64,000 nt of DNA from Treponemataceae bacterium (lineage in GTDB: Bacteria > Spirochaetota > Spirochaetia > Treponematales > Rectinemataceae): assembly GCA_963678065.2 (NCBI GenBank), contig CAXXVZ010000003.1, forward strand, positions 576,001-640,000, given 5' to 3'. Below are positions 28,667 to 37,566 of the stretch, in pieces. The first letter of the stretch is position 1, and each line of letters starts with the position of its first letter. Made by a program: the position numbers and the translations under genes. Below the pieces are notes generated by a model. The model had not been told where the DNA came from. It did not search any database and worked only from the letters and a program-made list of their open reading frames with translations.

Positions 28667-28760
28667 ATGTGCTGCTTTATTGTGCTTCAGATTGTGAGAG
28701 CGGCAGGATGATCGCTCACCCTGCCGTCAAATATTTCAACAATACAAAGTCTGCGATAAA

Positions 28761-30053
28761 TTATTTCTTTTCGCCATCTATCAGTTCCTGGAATTCCTTG
28801 TTAGCCTGTCTGGCCGCTTTCGCTACGTCTCCACCCTCGAATCCAACCAGGATTGGCATGCTCACAATGTCACGAGCCTCATTCACATTGATCACTCGTG
28901 GCCTGTCCCAGCCGACTCCAATGAGATTGCTTGCATTCACGACTTCAACCAGCTCTTTGGGCCAGTTCTTGGTGGATTCGGGGTTTGCCCACACCGATTT
29001 ACGAGCCCCTGAGTTGCCGGCAGCCTGCAACTGCATAACGATATTTTTGCTGGTAACCCACTTCACGAAGAGGGCAGCGGCGTCCTTTTTCTTTGAAAAA
29101 TTACTGATGCCGATTGCGCCAGAGCACACATTGAATGGCTTGGAACCGGCAGGGCCCGCCGGGAAAACCGCGAAACCGATCTTGTCGCCGACTATGGATT
29201 TGTCCGGGGCCACGACGTTGAGGTAGATCGCATCGGCGTCAGTGAACATGCCAGCCTTGCCTTGGGCCATCAGAGCGGCTGCTTCAGGCCAACTGAAGTT
29301 GACAATACCGGGAGGACCGTATTTGCGCAGGATATCTGTGTAGTACTTGAAGGCCGCAATAGCTTCAGGAGTATCGATCACGGCTTTGTCCCCGATGTTG
29401 AATTCACCACCGAAACTATGCAGATAACTGGAGAATTGGGTAACGGCGATATTCTTTTTTCCACGATTCACAATCGCGTAGAAGCCGTTGGCAGGGTCAT
29501 TGATCTTCGACGCCACCACCATCATCTCATCGAGTGTTTTGGGCGGTTTCAAGCCTGCCTTCTCCAAAACATCCTTTCGGTAGTAGAGAATCTGATGTTC
29601 CGTCGTTGTGGGCAGACCGATGAGTTTGCCTTCATAGGTCAGACTCTCGATCGTCCCGGAAGTGAAATCCTTGAGGTCAAAAGCCTGATCGCCTTCCAAA
29701 TAGGGGGTCAAATCGGCCGCCCACAGGTTCTTGGCAAAAAGCTTTGTTTCATTCAAGGGCCTGATGTAGACCAAATCGAGTGAGGAAGACCGGGCATTGA
29801 ATTCCACCGCAATCTTGTTGCTCATCTGGTCAGTTCCGTATTCCTCGAACTGAACGGTGATACCCGTGCTTTCTTTGAACTCGGGAAGAAGCAGTTTCAC
29901 CGCTGTCGTCCACGGATGGACCGCAGTAATAAACCGCAGTGTCGTTCCCGAGTACTGCTTACTGAGAGGCGAGGCCGTTTTTTGCGCTCCCGCCATCGGT
30001 AAGGACAGTGAAAACACCGCCATTGCCAAGAACAACGCCCTCATTGAATGCAT
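28761..30053 (-). CDS. Carbohydrate ABC transporter substrate-binding protein
   Basis: Signal peptide; LYYRKDVLEKAGLKPPKTLDE and QGKAGM motifs. Confidence 0.92.
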   Translation of the reverse strand: MHSMRALFLAMAVFSLSLPMAGAQKTASPLSKQYSGTTLRFITAVHPWTTAVKLLLPEFKESTGITVQFEEYGTDQMSNKIAVEFNARSSSLDLVYIRPLNETKLFAKNLWAADLTPYLEGDQAFDLKDFTSGTIESLTYEGKLIGLPTTTEHQILYYRKDVLEKAGLKPPKTLDEMMVVASKINDPANGFYAIVNRGKKNIAVTQFSSYLHSFGGEFNIGDKAVIDTPEAIAAFKYYTDILRKYGPPGIVNFSWPEAAALMAQGKAGMFTDADAIYLNVVAPDKSIVGDKIGFAVFPAGPAGSKPFNVCSGAIGISNFSKKKDAAALFVKWVTSKNIVMQLQAAGNSGARKSVWANPESTKNWPKELVEVVNASNLIGVGWDRPRVINVNEARDIVSMPILVGFEGGDVAKAARQANKEFQELIDGEKK

Positions 30054-30079
30054 ACCTACCTCCTGTCGTAATAAAGATA

Positions 30080-30147
30080 AGGTTATGGTTGGAAATCCGG
30101 ATTTGTCAATATAAAATATTTTATTTTTTATATTTGATTTTTGTCAA
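30080..30147 (-). promoter_or_regulatory. Two tandem sigma70-like promoters for the leftward operon
   Basis: Minus strand TTGACA(30147-30142)-18-TAAAAT and TTGACA(30109-30104)-18-TAACCT in an AT-rich tract. Confidence 0.5.
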
Positions 30148-30308
30148 TTGTGTCTACATCCTCCACCTTCAGACTTCAGATGGAAAGCTTCAGAACGAAA
30201 TATCGCTATCAGGGGTGAGGGATACATGACAACGCGAGCCCGTGAAAATGGGGTCTGCGGACCAATTGTGTTCAAGGGAGGAAATTTGCCGGAACTCAAA
30301 CAAAATCC

Positions 30309-30358
30309 TTGACAGATCATATTTCCCATAATATGGTAATGATTACCACAATATGGGA
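30309..30358 (+). promoter_or_regulatory. Promoter plus palindromic operator upstream of the IclR gene
   Basis: TTGACA(30309)-17-TATGGT(30332), overlapped by TCCCATAATATGGTAAT-G-ATTACCACAATATGGGA (15 of 17 positions inverted-match). Confidence 0.7.
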
Positions 30359-30364
30359 GTAACG

Positions 30365-31162
30365 ATGGACCGCAAACCATTAATCCAGTCAGTAGAACGT
30401 GCACTTGAAATCCTGGATCTCGTAGGGGACTCGGAGCATCCAATTGGCTCGACGCAGATTGCACAGATGTTGAATTTGCATGTAAGCACAACGAATAATC
30501 TCATTCGGACACTTTTCCGGAAAGGGTATCTGAATCAAACCAATGACGGGAAATACCATATTGGCCTCCAGTGTTACAGTCTTGGATCGCTGTGCGATCG
30601 GTGGGGAATACTGCGAGATATCGCACAGATACACATCGCAGAACTTTCGGATAAAACAGGGGACAATTCTGTCCTGGCTTCGGAGAGCGGAGGCAGACTT
30701 ATCACAATCGCGAGCGCAGAAGGTTCAGGTGCGATAGTGATTTCGAATCAACATCTTTTTCGTGATCATCTCCACTGCACGGCAGTCGGAAAGCTCCTCA
30801 TGGCACACAGTACCGCCGAGTTCATAACTCTGCTCAAAAAGACTCGCCCACTACAGCGTTTCACTGAAAAGACGATCACGGACTGGGAGTCTCTGACTGC
30901 CAACCTGCAGAAAATCAAAGACCTGGGGTATTCCGTGAATAGAGGCGAAGGCCTATTGAGCGTCGCGGCAGTCGCAGTGCCCGTACTCGACGCCAAAGGG
31001 CATCTCGTTTGCGCCCTGGGTCAGTCTTTTCCCGACTACTTCATAGAAACGAAACAGGTCAACCTGGCCGAACGCATCGAGCTGGTCAGCAAATATGCCC
31101 GTCTCATCGGGAAGGACTACTGCGATGCATTCAAACACAAGAAAGGAATCGAGCAATGCTGA
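30365..31162 (+). CDS. IclR-family transcriptional regulator
   Basis: IQSVERALEILD, STTNNLIRTL..GYL, HCTAVGKLLMA and GYSV..E...VAAVAVPV motifs. Confidence 0.93.
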   Translation: MDRKPLIQSVERALEILDLVGDSEHPIGSTQIAQMLNLHVSTTNNLIRTLFRKGYLNQTNDGKYHIGLQCYSLGSLCDRWGILRDIAQIHIAELSDKTGDNSVLASESGGRLITIASAEGSGAIVISNQHLFRDHLHCTAVGKLLMAHSTAEFITLLKKTRPLQRFTEKTITDWESLTANLQKIKDLGYSVNRGEGLLSVAAVAVPVLDAKGHLVCALGQSFPDYFIETKQVNLAERIELVSKYARLIGKDYCDAFKHKKGIEQC

Positions 31163-32220
31163 CAGCCGCAGATGTCAAGCGCGAAGCGATATTGTGCGGC
31201 GCAGACGATGTTGGCATCGGCGATCTTGGTCGATTCGACGGCGCGCCACAGGAGATGGATCCGCGTTATCTTTTCCCCGACGCAAAAAGCCTCATCTGTC
31301 TCATTTTCCGCATACCGCGCGGCCTCATCCGGGGTGTCGAGGAGGGGACTAACTTCTACCAATATCCTTCCATGGGCTATGGCGGCATCAATGAGGTGTT
31401 TGCGCCTACTGTCCTCTACGAACTCGGGCGGTATATCGAGTTGAATGGATTCGAGGCTGCGGTCTTTCGTAATGCGGGAGGGCGAGGCTCCGTTTCCGAC
31501 ATGACAGGGAAAAAAGAGCGTGAACTCTCGCCTGAACTCCATGGATCAGCTCTTTCGATCGGCTCTGAAACTACTCCAGTGGAACGTTCCCTCCAGGGTC
31601 TCCAATCTGTCAGGGTTGGCATACCCCCACCGGATGTATTCATCCACTTCCGCCTCGGCGCCTATATCTGCGGCCTTGGTGAGATCGGCTACAGCAAAAT
31701 GTTTCTCTCGTCGCGTTTCGGTCCATTGAACCGACAGGCTTTCATCCTTACGGATGCTCCTCTCGAACCGGATCCACTGTATTCGGGTCCAAAACTCTGC
31801 AACCGCTGCATGGCATGCGCGGTCGCCTGCCCGGGAAGCTGCATAAGCCGCAGCGAGGAAGTGAGCATCGAAGTCGCCCGGACGAAAGTCTCGTGGGGTA
31901 AACTCGACGAATGGAGTTGCTTCGGCTACTACATCGGCGCGGCGAAATCCTCGAATCCCTTCGTTAAGGACGAGATGTACGACAGTCTTCCGGGAGGCGA
32001 CTCATTGCGCCGCGGCGAGAAGCGCATCACGCCCGATGAGTATGCAGAACTCAATCGAAGTATCAGCGAGAGTTACCCAATAGAGCTTGGCGGATATAAC
32101 CCGCCTAAATGCGGAGGCTGCCTCCGCGCTTGTTATACATCCCTCGAGCGGCGCGGTGTCCTCAGTACCTCGTTCGAGAATCGGTTTCGTACAGCTCCTG
32201 CTTGGAAAAGGAAGGATTGA
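31156..32220 (+). CDS. QueG/reductive-dehalogenase-like 2x[4Fe-4S] protein, paralog 1
   Basis: GADDVGI, GAYICGLGEIG..FGPLNRQAFILTDAPLEPD, CNRCMACAVACP and distal C...CGGCLRAC. Start ATG 31156 is coupled to the IclR stop. Confidence 0.8.
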   Translation: MLTAADVKREAILCGADDVGIGDLGRFDGAPQEMDPRYLFPDAKSLICLIFRIPRGLIRGVEEGTNFYQYPSMGYGGINEVFAPTVLYELGRYIELNGFEAAVFRNAGGRGSVSDMTGKKERELSPELHGSALSIGSETTPVERSLQGLQSVRVGIPPPDVFIHFRLGAYICGLGEIGYSKMFLSSRFGPLNRQAFILTDAPLEPDPLYSGPKLCNRCMACAVACPGSCISRSEEVSIEVARTKVSWGKLDEWSCFGYYIGAAKSSNPFVKDEMYDSLPGGDSLRRGEKRITPDEYAELNRSISESYPIELGGYNPPKCGGCLRACYTSLERRGVLSTSFENRFRTAPAWKRKD

Positions 32221-32224
32221 GACT

Positions 32225-33235
32225 ATGGCTATAACGTCGGAGTGGTTGAAGCGGGTCGCACATGAATACGGTGCCGACCTTGTCGGGATCGGAGATGTCT
32301 CCCTATTCGAAGGGACTCCGAAGGAGCACGATCCGCGTTTTATTGCTCCTGCGGCGAAACGCATCATCGGGCTCGGGTTCAAGGTTCTCAGAGGCTCATT
32401 GCGCGGCATTGAGGAAGGAACGCAGTTCTACCAATACTCCGAGATGGGAGTCGTGCATATCGATGAAGTGTTCGCTCCCACCGTAGCCCGCCGGGTGGCC
32501 TGTGCGCTGGAAGATGCGGGCTACGAAGGGGTCCCGCTCCGGAGCGAACCTGACCGGGGCCCGCAAAGCGAATCCGGAACCAACCCCGAGCACGCTCCGA
32601 CGGTGCGTCTCGATGCGGTCCCTGTCGCCCCCGGCAAGCCGGCGCCCGATGTCCTCGTCGACTTCCGCCAAGCCGCCGTAATCTGTGGTCTCGGGGAGAT
32701 AGGGAAGGGGGGCTTCGTTCTGACAAAGGAGTTCGGACCTCTCCAGCGTTTTGTCTTTATCCTGACCGATGCCGCGCTCGATCCCGATCCTGTGGCGGTG
32801 GGCGGCCTCTGCGATGGGTGTGAAGCGTGTATGCGCGCCTGCCCCGGGAAAGCCTACCGCGAGCAGGTCCCGGAACACTTCATCGTACAGGGAACCGAAC
32901 ACGCATTCATTGATGTCGATCCATGGCAGTGCGCGTCATTCTATATGGGGGCCAATCCTGCCACGAATCCCTTCATGTCCGACATTCTCCTTGAAAAGTC
33001 ACCGTTCAAAAGCCATGCACTCACGGGTAACGTCCGGTTTGGCGAGAACGAGTTTCGTCCGCTCAAAGATTTTCTCGAAAGTGCCTATCCCGGCATGCGC
33101 TTTGGCTACAACGCGTCGATATGCGGACGTTCCTGTTGGAGGGCATGTCTCGTCCAGCTCGAACGACGAGACATACTGACTCACAAGTTCATGTTCCCTT
33201 TCCGAACGAAGCCTGAATGGGAGTTGTCCCGGTGA
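32225..33235 (+). CDS. QueG/reductive-dehalogenase-like 2x[4Fe-4S] protein, paralog 2
   Basis: GADLVGI, AAVICGLGEIG..FGPLQRFVFILTDAALDPD, CDGCEACMRACP and distal C...CGRSCWRAC. Confidence 0.8.
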   Translation: MAITSEWLKRVAHEYGADLVGIGDVSLFEGTPKEHDPRFIAPAAKRIIGLGFKVLRGSLRGIEEGTQFYQYSEMGVVHIDEVFAPTVARRVACALEDAGYEGVPLRSEPDRGPQSESGTNPEHAPTVRLDAVPVAPGKPAPDVLVDFRQAAVICGLGEIGKGGFVLTKEFGPLQRFVFILTDAALDPDPVAVGGLCDGCEACMRACPGKAYREQVPEHFIVQGTEHAFIDVDPWQCASFYMGANPATNPFMSDILLEKSPFKSHALTGNVRFGENEFRPLKDFLESAYPGMRFGYNASICGRSCWRACLVQLERRDILTHKFMFPFRTKPEWELSR

Positions 33236-34227
33236 AACTGTCCGTAGGCTACTCGCTCATGGAGCGTGGTCGTTTTCTCGATGCAGTCGACCAATATACC
33301 GGGTCTATCGGCGAGGTGTATTTCTCGTGGCCAGGCACTCCCTCCGGGCGCACCGATATTCGAGAAAGGGATCCTGAGTACATCCTCGCAAAGATCGAGG
33401 CGCTTGGTGCCGATCTCGCACGCTTCGGCTCCTCAGGCATAAGGCTCATTCTTCTTCTCAATGGTAGCTGTTACGGAGAACTCGCCCTGAGCGACGCACT
33501 TGCGGCTTCTGTCCTTGAGTCCATCTCTCGAGTTCTCGGAGCGGCCGGTCGGCTGGACGCGGTGACAACAGCCTCGCCCTTCATCGCCAGCATTGTCCGC
33601 GCAGCTTTTCCCTCTATAGAAATTCGGGCATCGGTCAATATGAGGGTCGGGACAATCGAAGCCATGGAGTACCTTGCCGAACGTTTCGATGGTTTCTACG
33701 TTCAAAAGGAGCAGAACAGGAATCTCGACATCCTTCGGGAGATGCGGGAATGGGCCGCTCTGAATGGGAAAAAAATCTATCTTCTCGCGAACTCAGGTTG
33801 CCTGAACTGGTGTCCAAACCAGGTTTTTCACGACAATCTCGTCTCGCATGAGCTTGGACTGCGCGGACTCACCCGGAAAGGTTTCGAACCCATTATGTGT
33901 CGGGCATATCTCGAGCGAAGCAAGGATTGGGCTCGCTTGCTTAGTTGCAGCAACTGGATACGACCTGAGGATGCGGACCGATATGAACCACTCGTCGATG
34001 GCCTGAAACTGGCGACTCGAATGCATGCCAGGCCCGATCTTGTGATCGCGGCTTACGCGAGACGATCTTTTTCCGGAAACGTACTGGATTTGCTGGAACC
34101 AGGTTTCTCTGACCTGCTCTATCCTTCCATCCTTCGGAACGAAGAATTTCCCGATGATTGGCAAAGTCTGGTCCGGGGAAAGGAGGTGGAAAATCTCTTG
34201 TCAAGGGTCATGAAAGTCCTCGCATGA
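33232..34227 (+). CDS. U32-family (peptidase-like, Fe-S) protein
   Basis: LLLNGSC, VTTASPF, EIRASV, LLANSGCLNWCP...H, distal C, WIRPED..Y and LKLATR motifs; GTGA overlap with the upstream gene. Confidence 0.72.
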   Translation: MKLSVGYSLMERGRFLDAVDQYTGSIGEVYFSWPGTPSGRTDIRERDPEYILAKIEALGADLARFGSSGIRLILLLNGSCYGELALSDALAASVLESISRVLGAAGRLDAVTTASPFIASIVRAAFPSIEIRASVNMRVGTIEAMEYLAERFDGFYVQKEQNRNLDILREMREWAALNGKKIYLLANSGCLNWCPNQVFHDNLVSHELGLRGLTRKGFEPIMCRAYLERSKDWARLLSCSNWIRPEDADRYEPLVDGLKLATRMHARPDLVIAAYARRSFSGNVLDLLEPGFSDLLYPSILRNEEFPDDWQSLVRGKEVENLLSRVMKVLA

Positions 34228-34273
34228 TTCACCGCGGGGGAAAATCATACGTTTGAGTAGGGAGGCGATGGGT

Positions 34274-35581
34274 ATGAAAAGATGGGCAATCGTCGTGCTG
34301 ATCGCACTGACGACACTGGCTTTCACGGCAATTCCGGCGGCTGCACAGGATGAAGGCTATGCGCTGACGGTATGGAAATTCGGCGGAGTTCGCATTGAAA
34401 AGGCATTTGCGGTGACGCGGGCAAATGAGTGGAATACGCTCCATCCCGACATGAAGGTGAAATGGGTAGAGTACGACTGGGGCGCCCGTACGGAAAAAAT
34501 CGTCAGTGCGCTTTCAAACGGTCGCTTGCCCGACATCATCGTCGTGGACACTCAGAGCATCCCGGACTTCGCTAATATGGGCGTCATCAAGGCTATAAGC
34601 GACCTGGACGCAGGCTACGTCGCGAAATGGAAAAAGTTATTCGTACCGGAAGCCTTCGACCTCGGCTACTACGGTGGGAAGTACTACGGGTTCTCGACCT
34701 ATGTGGATATCGCGACCTTTCTCGCGTATAACACTGAACAGGTCCGGAAGGCGGGGCTGGTCGACGAAGAGGGCGATGCGACACCCCCCCGCACATGGGA
34801 CGAACTCATTTCCTACTGTAAAAAGATCCAGTCAAAAGGTCGGATGGCTATAGCACTCTCCTGCACGCAGAATGTATGCGACGTCAATATGCTCGAGGGC
34901 ATAGCGTACGCAAACGGTGGACGCTGGCTCGACGAGAAAGGCAACATCGCTGTGAACCAGGCGGGATTCGTCGACGCTCTCAGGCTCTACAAGACGCTGA
35001 GCGAGTACGCATTGCCTGGCTTCATCGAGTCAAACTACCGGGACAATGCAGTTCAATTTTTCAATAAGCAAGCCGCCATGTATCCGGCCCTCTCATGGGT
35101 CGGCGTGTTCAACACCGAACTGCAAGTTCCAGTGGATTTCTCGTACCGAATGACGGTTTTCCCGACAAACCCCAAGCCTACGGGACGTTTCACGCCGGTG
35201 AGCGGCATCATGACCGGCACCTTCTGTCCTATGATCACAACAAATTGTAAAAACAATGCTGTCGCCCTGAAATTCATCGACTTCTGGACTGAGGACAAGA
35301 GTCTCCTCGCCTGGGATGGTTCAGTGCAATTCGGACGCGTTCCAACGGGAGTAGTGGCCTGGAAAGGCAAGTCGATCGGGAAATACTGGCCAGATCTCAA
35401 AAAGAAATATGATGAGGGAACCCTTTTCAGGGGCGTTCAGCCCATGCCCGCATTCCCCGGCCTGAGCTCCGGTCAGACCTACCTCGCCGAGGCGATGCAG
35501 GAGGTGCTTCTTGGCGTATCCGAACCGCAGGCCGCGCTTGACAAAGTCGCGACCAGACTCAAAGCGGTGATGAAGAAATAA
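34274..35581 (+). CDS. Carbohydrate ABC transporter substrate-binding protein
   Basis: Signal peptide ending AAA-QD; LPDII, LAYN..VRKAGL..PPRTWDEL motifs. Confidence 0.9.
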   Translation: MKRWAIVVLIALTTLAFTAIPAAAQDEGYALTVWKFGGVRIEKAFAVTRANEWNTLHPDMKVKWVEYDWGARTEKIVSALSNGRLPDIIVVDTQSIPDFANMGVIKAISDLDAGYVAKWKKLFVPEAFDLGYYGGKYYGFSTYVDIATFLAYNTEQVRKAGLVDEEGDATPPRTWDELISYCKKIQSKGRMAIALSCTQNVCDVNMLEGIAYANGGRWLDEKGNIAVNQAGFVDALRLYKTLSEYALPGFIESNYRDNAVQFFNKQAAMYPALSWVGVFNTELQVPVDFSYRMTVFPTNPKPTGRFTPVSGIMTGTFCPMITTNCKNNAVALKFIDFWTEDKSLLAWDGSVQFGRVPTGVVAWKGKSIGKYWPDLKKKYDEGTLFRGVQPMPAFPGLSSGQTYLAEAMQEVLLGVSEPQAALDKVATRLKAVMKK

Positions 35582-35656
35582 GTATTCGAGTACGTGGCGG
35601 ATCGGTTCTCCCTCGAAAGGGGGAGGCCGGCCGAACCGGATCGAGGCAGGGGAGCC

Positions 35657-36565
35657 ATGAACCGTCAAAAGAAAATATTTGCCTTTGTATGTATCGCGCC
35701 GGTAGTGCTTTTCGTTGTGTCCTTCATCATCTATCCGGTCGTCGATCTGTTCAGGTTGAGCATGACGGACAAGGTTCTCACAGACCCTGGGAGCGGTGGT
35801 TTCGTCGGTCTCGCCTCGTATGTCCGGGTATTTTCGGACAATGTAACCTTCCTCGCTCTCAAGAATACTCTTGTCTACGTGGGAGGAGGCGTGGCCCTTA
35901 CGCTCGTACTCGGACTCATCGCCGGGCTGGTCCTGAGCGAGGATAGCCTCATGACAAAAATTACCACTGGTCTCATTCTGATTCCATGGGCTTTGCCGCC
36001 CGTCATCATTGCTTCAGTGTGGAAATGGATGCTCCATCCCCAGCTCGGTGTCATCAACGACCTTCTTGTGAAAACCGGGATCCTTGCAAGTCCGGTTCCT
36101 TTCCTCAGCAAGCCGGGCACAGCACTGTATGTCCTCACTATCGTGCTCGCGTGGCGGCTTTTCCCCTTCGAGGGGATAATGCTGGCAGCTGGAATGAAGG
36201 GTATCCCGATCGAGCGGTATGAGGCCGCTCTGGTTGACGGGGCGAATGGCTTCCAGCGTTTTCGGTTCATCACACTGCCAGGGATCAAGTCCCTCATATT
36301 GACGACGACAATTATGAATACGGTCTGGATACTGAACAGTATCGCGCTGGTACTCATCATGACCGGCGGTGGACCGCTTCACTACACCGAGCTGCTTTCG
36401 ACCCTGATCTATAAAACCGGATTCCAGCATTATCGCTTTGGAGAGGCTTCGGCCCTGTCGGTCCTCAACTTCTTGATCATTCTGGCTCTCACAATGATGT
36501 ATCTGCGTCTGTTCAGGGATAGATCGAAGCACATGATCGCGGCCAAAGCGGGAGGCGCCCGATGA
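35657..36565 (+). CDS. Carbohydrate ABC transporter permease (MalF-like)
   Basis: FVGLASY, IPWALP, YEAALVDGA and MTGGGP motifs. Confidence 0.93.
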   Translation: MNRQKKIFAFVCIAPVVLFVVSFIIYPVVDLFRLSMTDKVLTDPGSGGFVGLASYVRVFSDNVTFLALKNTLVYVGGGVALTLVLGLIAGLVLSEDSLMTKITTGLILIPWALPPVIIASVWKWMLHPQLGVINDLLVKTGILASPVPFLSKPGTALYVLTIVLAWRLFPFEGIMLAAGMKGIPIERYEAALVDGANGFQRFRFITLPGIKSLILTTTIMNTVWILNSIALVLIMTGGGPLHYTELLSTLIYKTGFQHYRFGEASALSVLNFLIILALTMMYLRLFRDRSKHMIAAKAGGAR

Positions 36566-37419
36566 GCAATCGAAAGGTTTCAGCGCGCACGGCGGCACGA
36601 CGGCAGGGACGTAACCTGCTCTGTATAGTCATTCTTCTGATCGTCCTCTTCCCCTTTCTCTGGATTTTGGTTTCTTCGTTCAAAGGAATCGCCGAAGTCC
36701 AAAAAGTACCGATCGAGTACATTCCGAAGAATCCGACGCTCGAAACCTACAAGTCCGTACTGTTCGACTACAGGAATGGAAGCTGGATCAGCTATCTCCT
36801 GAATAGCCTCAAGATTGCCGTTATCACGACCCTCATTGTGACATTCCTGTCGGCCCTCAGCGGATATGCATTCTCGCGCATTCATTTCAAAGGCGCAGAT
36901 GCGCTCCTCATCCTTCTACTCGTCACCCAGATGTTTCCCGGTCCCTCAATACTCATCCCTTTATACGGAATGATGGACCGTTTGAAGCTCGTGGACACGC
37001 ATTTTGCCCTCATTCTCATCAATATGGCATTTACGCTACCATTCGCCGTTTGGATGTCGATGGGCTGCTATGAAAACATCCCGAACGATATGGAAGAGGC
37101 TGCATATATCGACGGTTGCAGCGTACTCAAGGCGTACTGGCTTATCGTTTTCCCTGTTTCAAAAATCGGTCTCGTCGCAGTCGCCCTTTACACCTTCATC
37201 ATTACCTGGGCCGAGTATATCTTCACTCTTGTAATCCTTGAATCGAAAGAAAAAGCGACAGTATCGCTGAAACTGGGCGCCATGGTCTCCGAGATTACCG
37301 TTCATTGGAATGAAATCAGCGCTGCTACCATAATTGTCTCTCTGCCTCTTCTTGTTTTCTTCCTCTGGGCACAGCGGTACTACGTAAGCGGCGTTATCGC
37401 AGGAGCAGTAAAGGAATAA
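36562..37419 (+). CDS. Carbohydrate ABC transporter permease (MalG-like)
   Basis: IPNDMEEAAYIDG; C-terminal GVIAGAVKE. Confidence 0.93.
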   Translation: MSNRKVSARTAARRQGRNLLCIVILLIVLFPFLWILVSSFKGIAEVQKVPIEYIPKNPTLETYKSVLFDYRNGSWISYLLNSLKIAVITTLIVTFLSALSGYAFSRIHFKGADALLILLLVTQMFPGPSILIPLYGMMDRLKLVDTHFALILINMAFTLPFAVWMSMGCYENIPNDMEEAAYIDGCSVLKAYWLIVFPVSKIGLVAVALYTFIITWAEYIFTLVILESKEKATVSLKLGAMVSEITVHWNEISAATIIVSLPLLVFFLWAQRYYVSGVIAGAVKE

Positions 37420-37566
37420 AGTTGAAAGGAATTGATAAGCTCCTTCGCTTCTCTTCCATACATGTCGACACATGTCGACGGTTCCCAAAGACTTAAGTCA
37501 TGAAGAAGTCCTCCAGACAGGGAAACGGGTCCAAGGCCGCATTCACCAGACCTTTTCCACAGTAAA

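Noticed and set aside
31156..33235. Calling these genes queG or respiratory rdhA
   Set aside because: No Tat signal, no rdhB and no queuosine-pathway context; only superfamily-level motifs are supported.
37500..37565. 21-codon ORF upstream of the tldD operon as a RiPP precursor
   Set aside because: No RBS, it lies upstream of the promoter, and no modifying enzymes (YcaO, peptide radical SAM) are in the operon.
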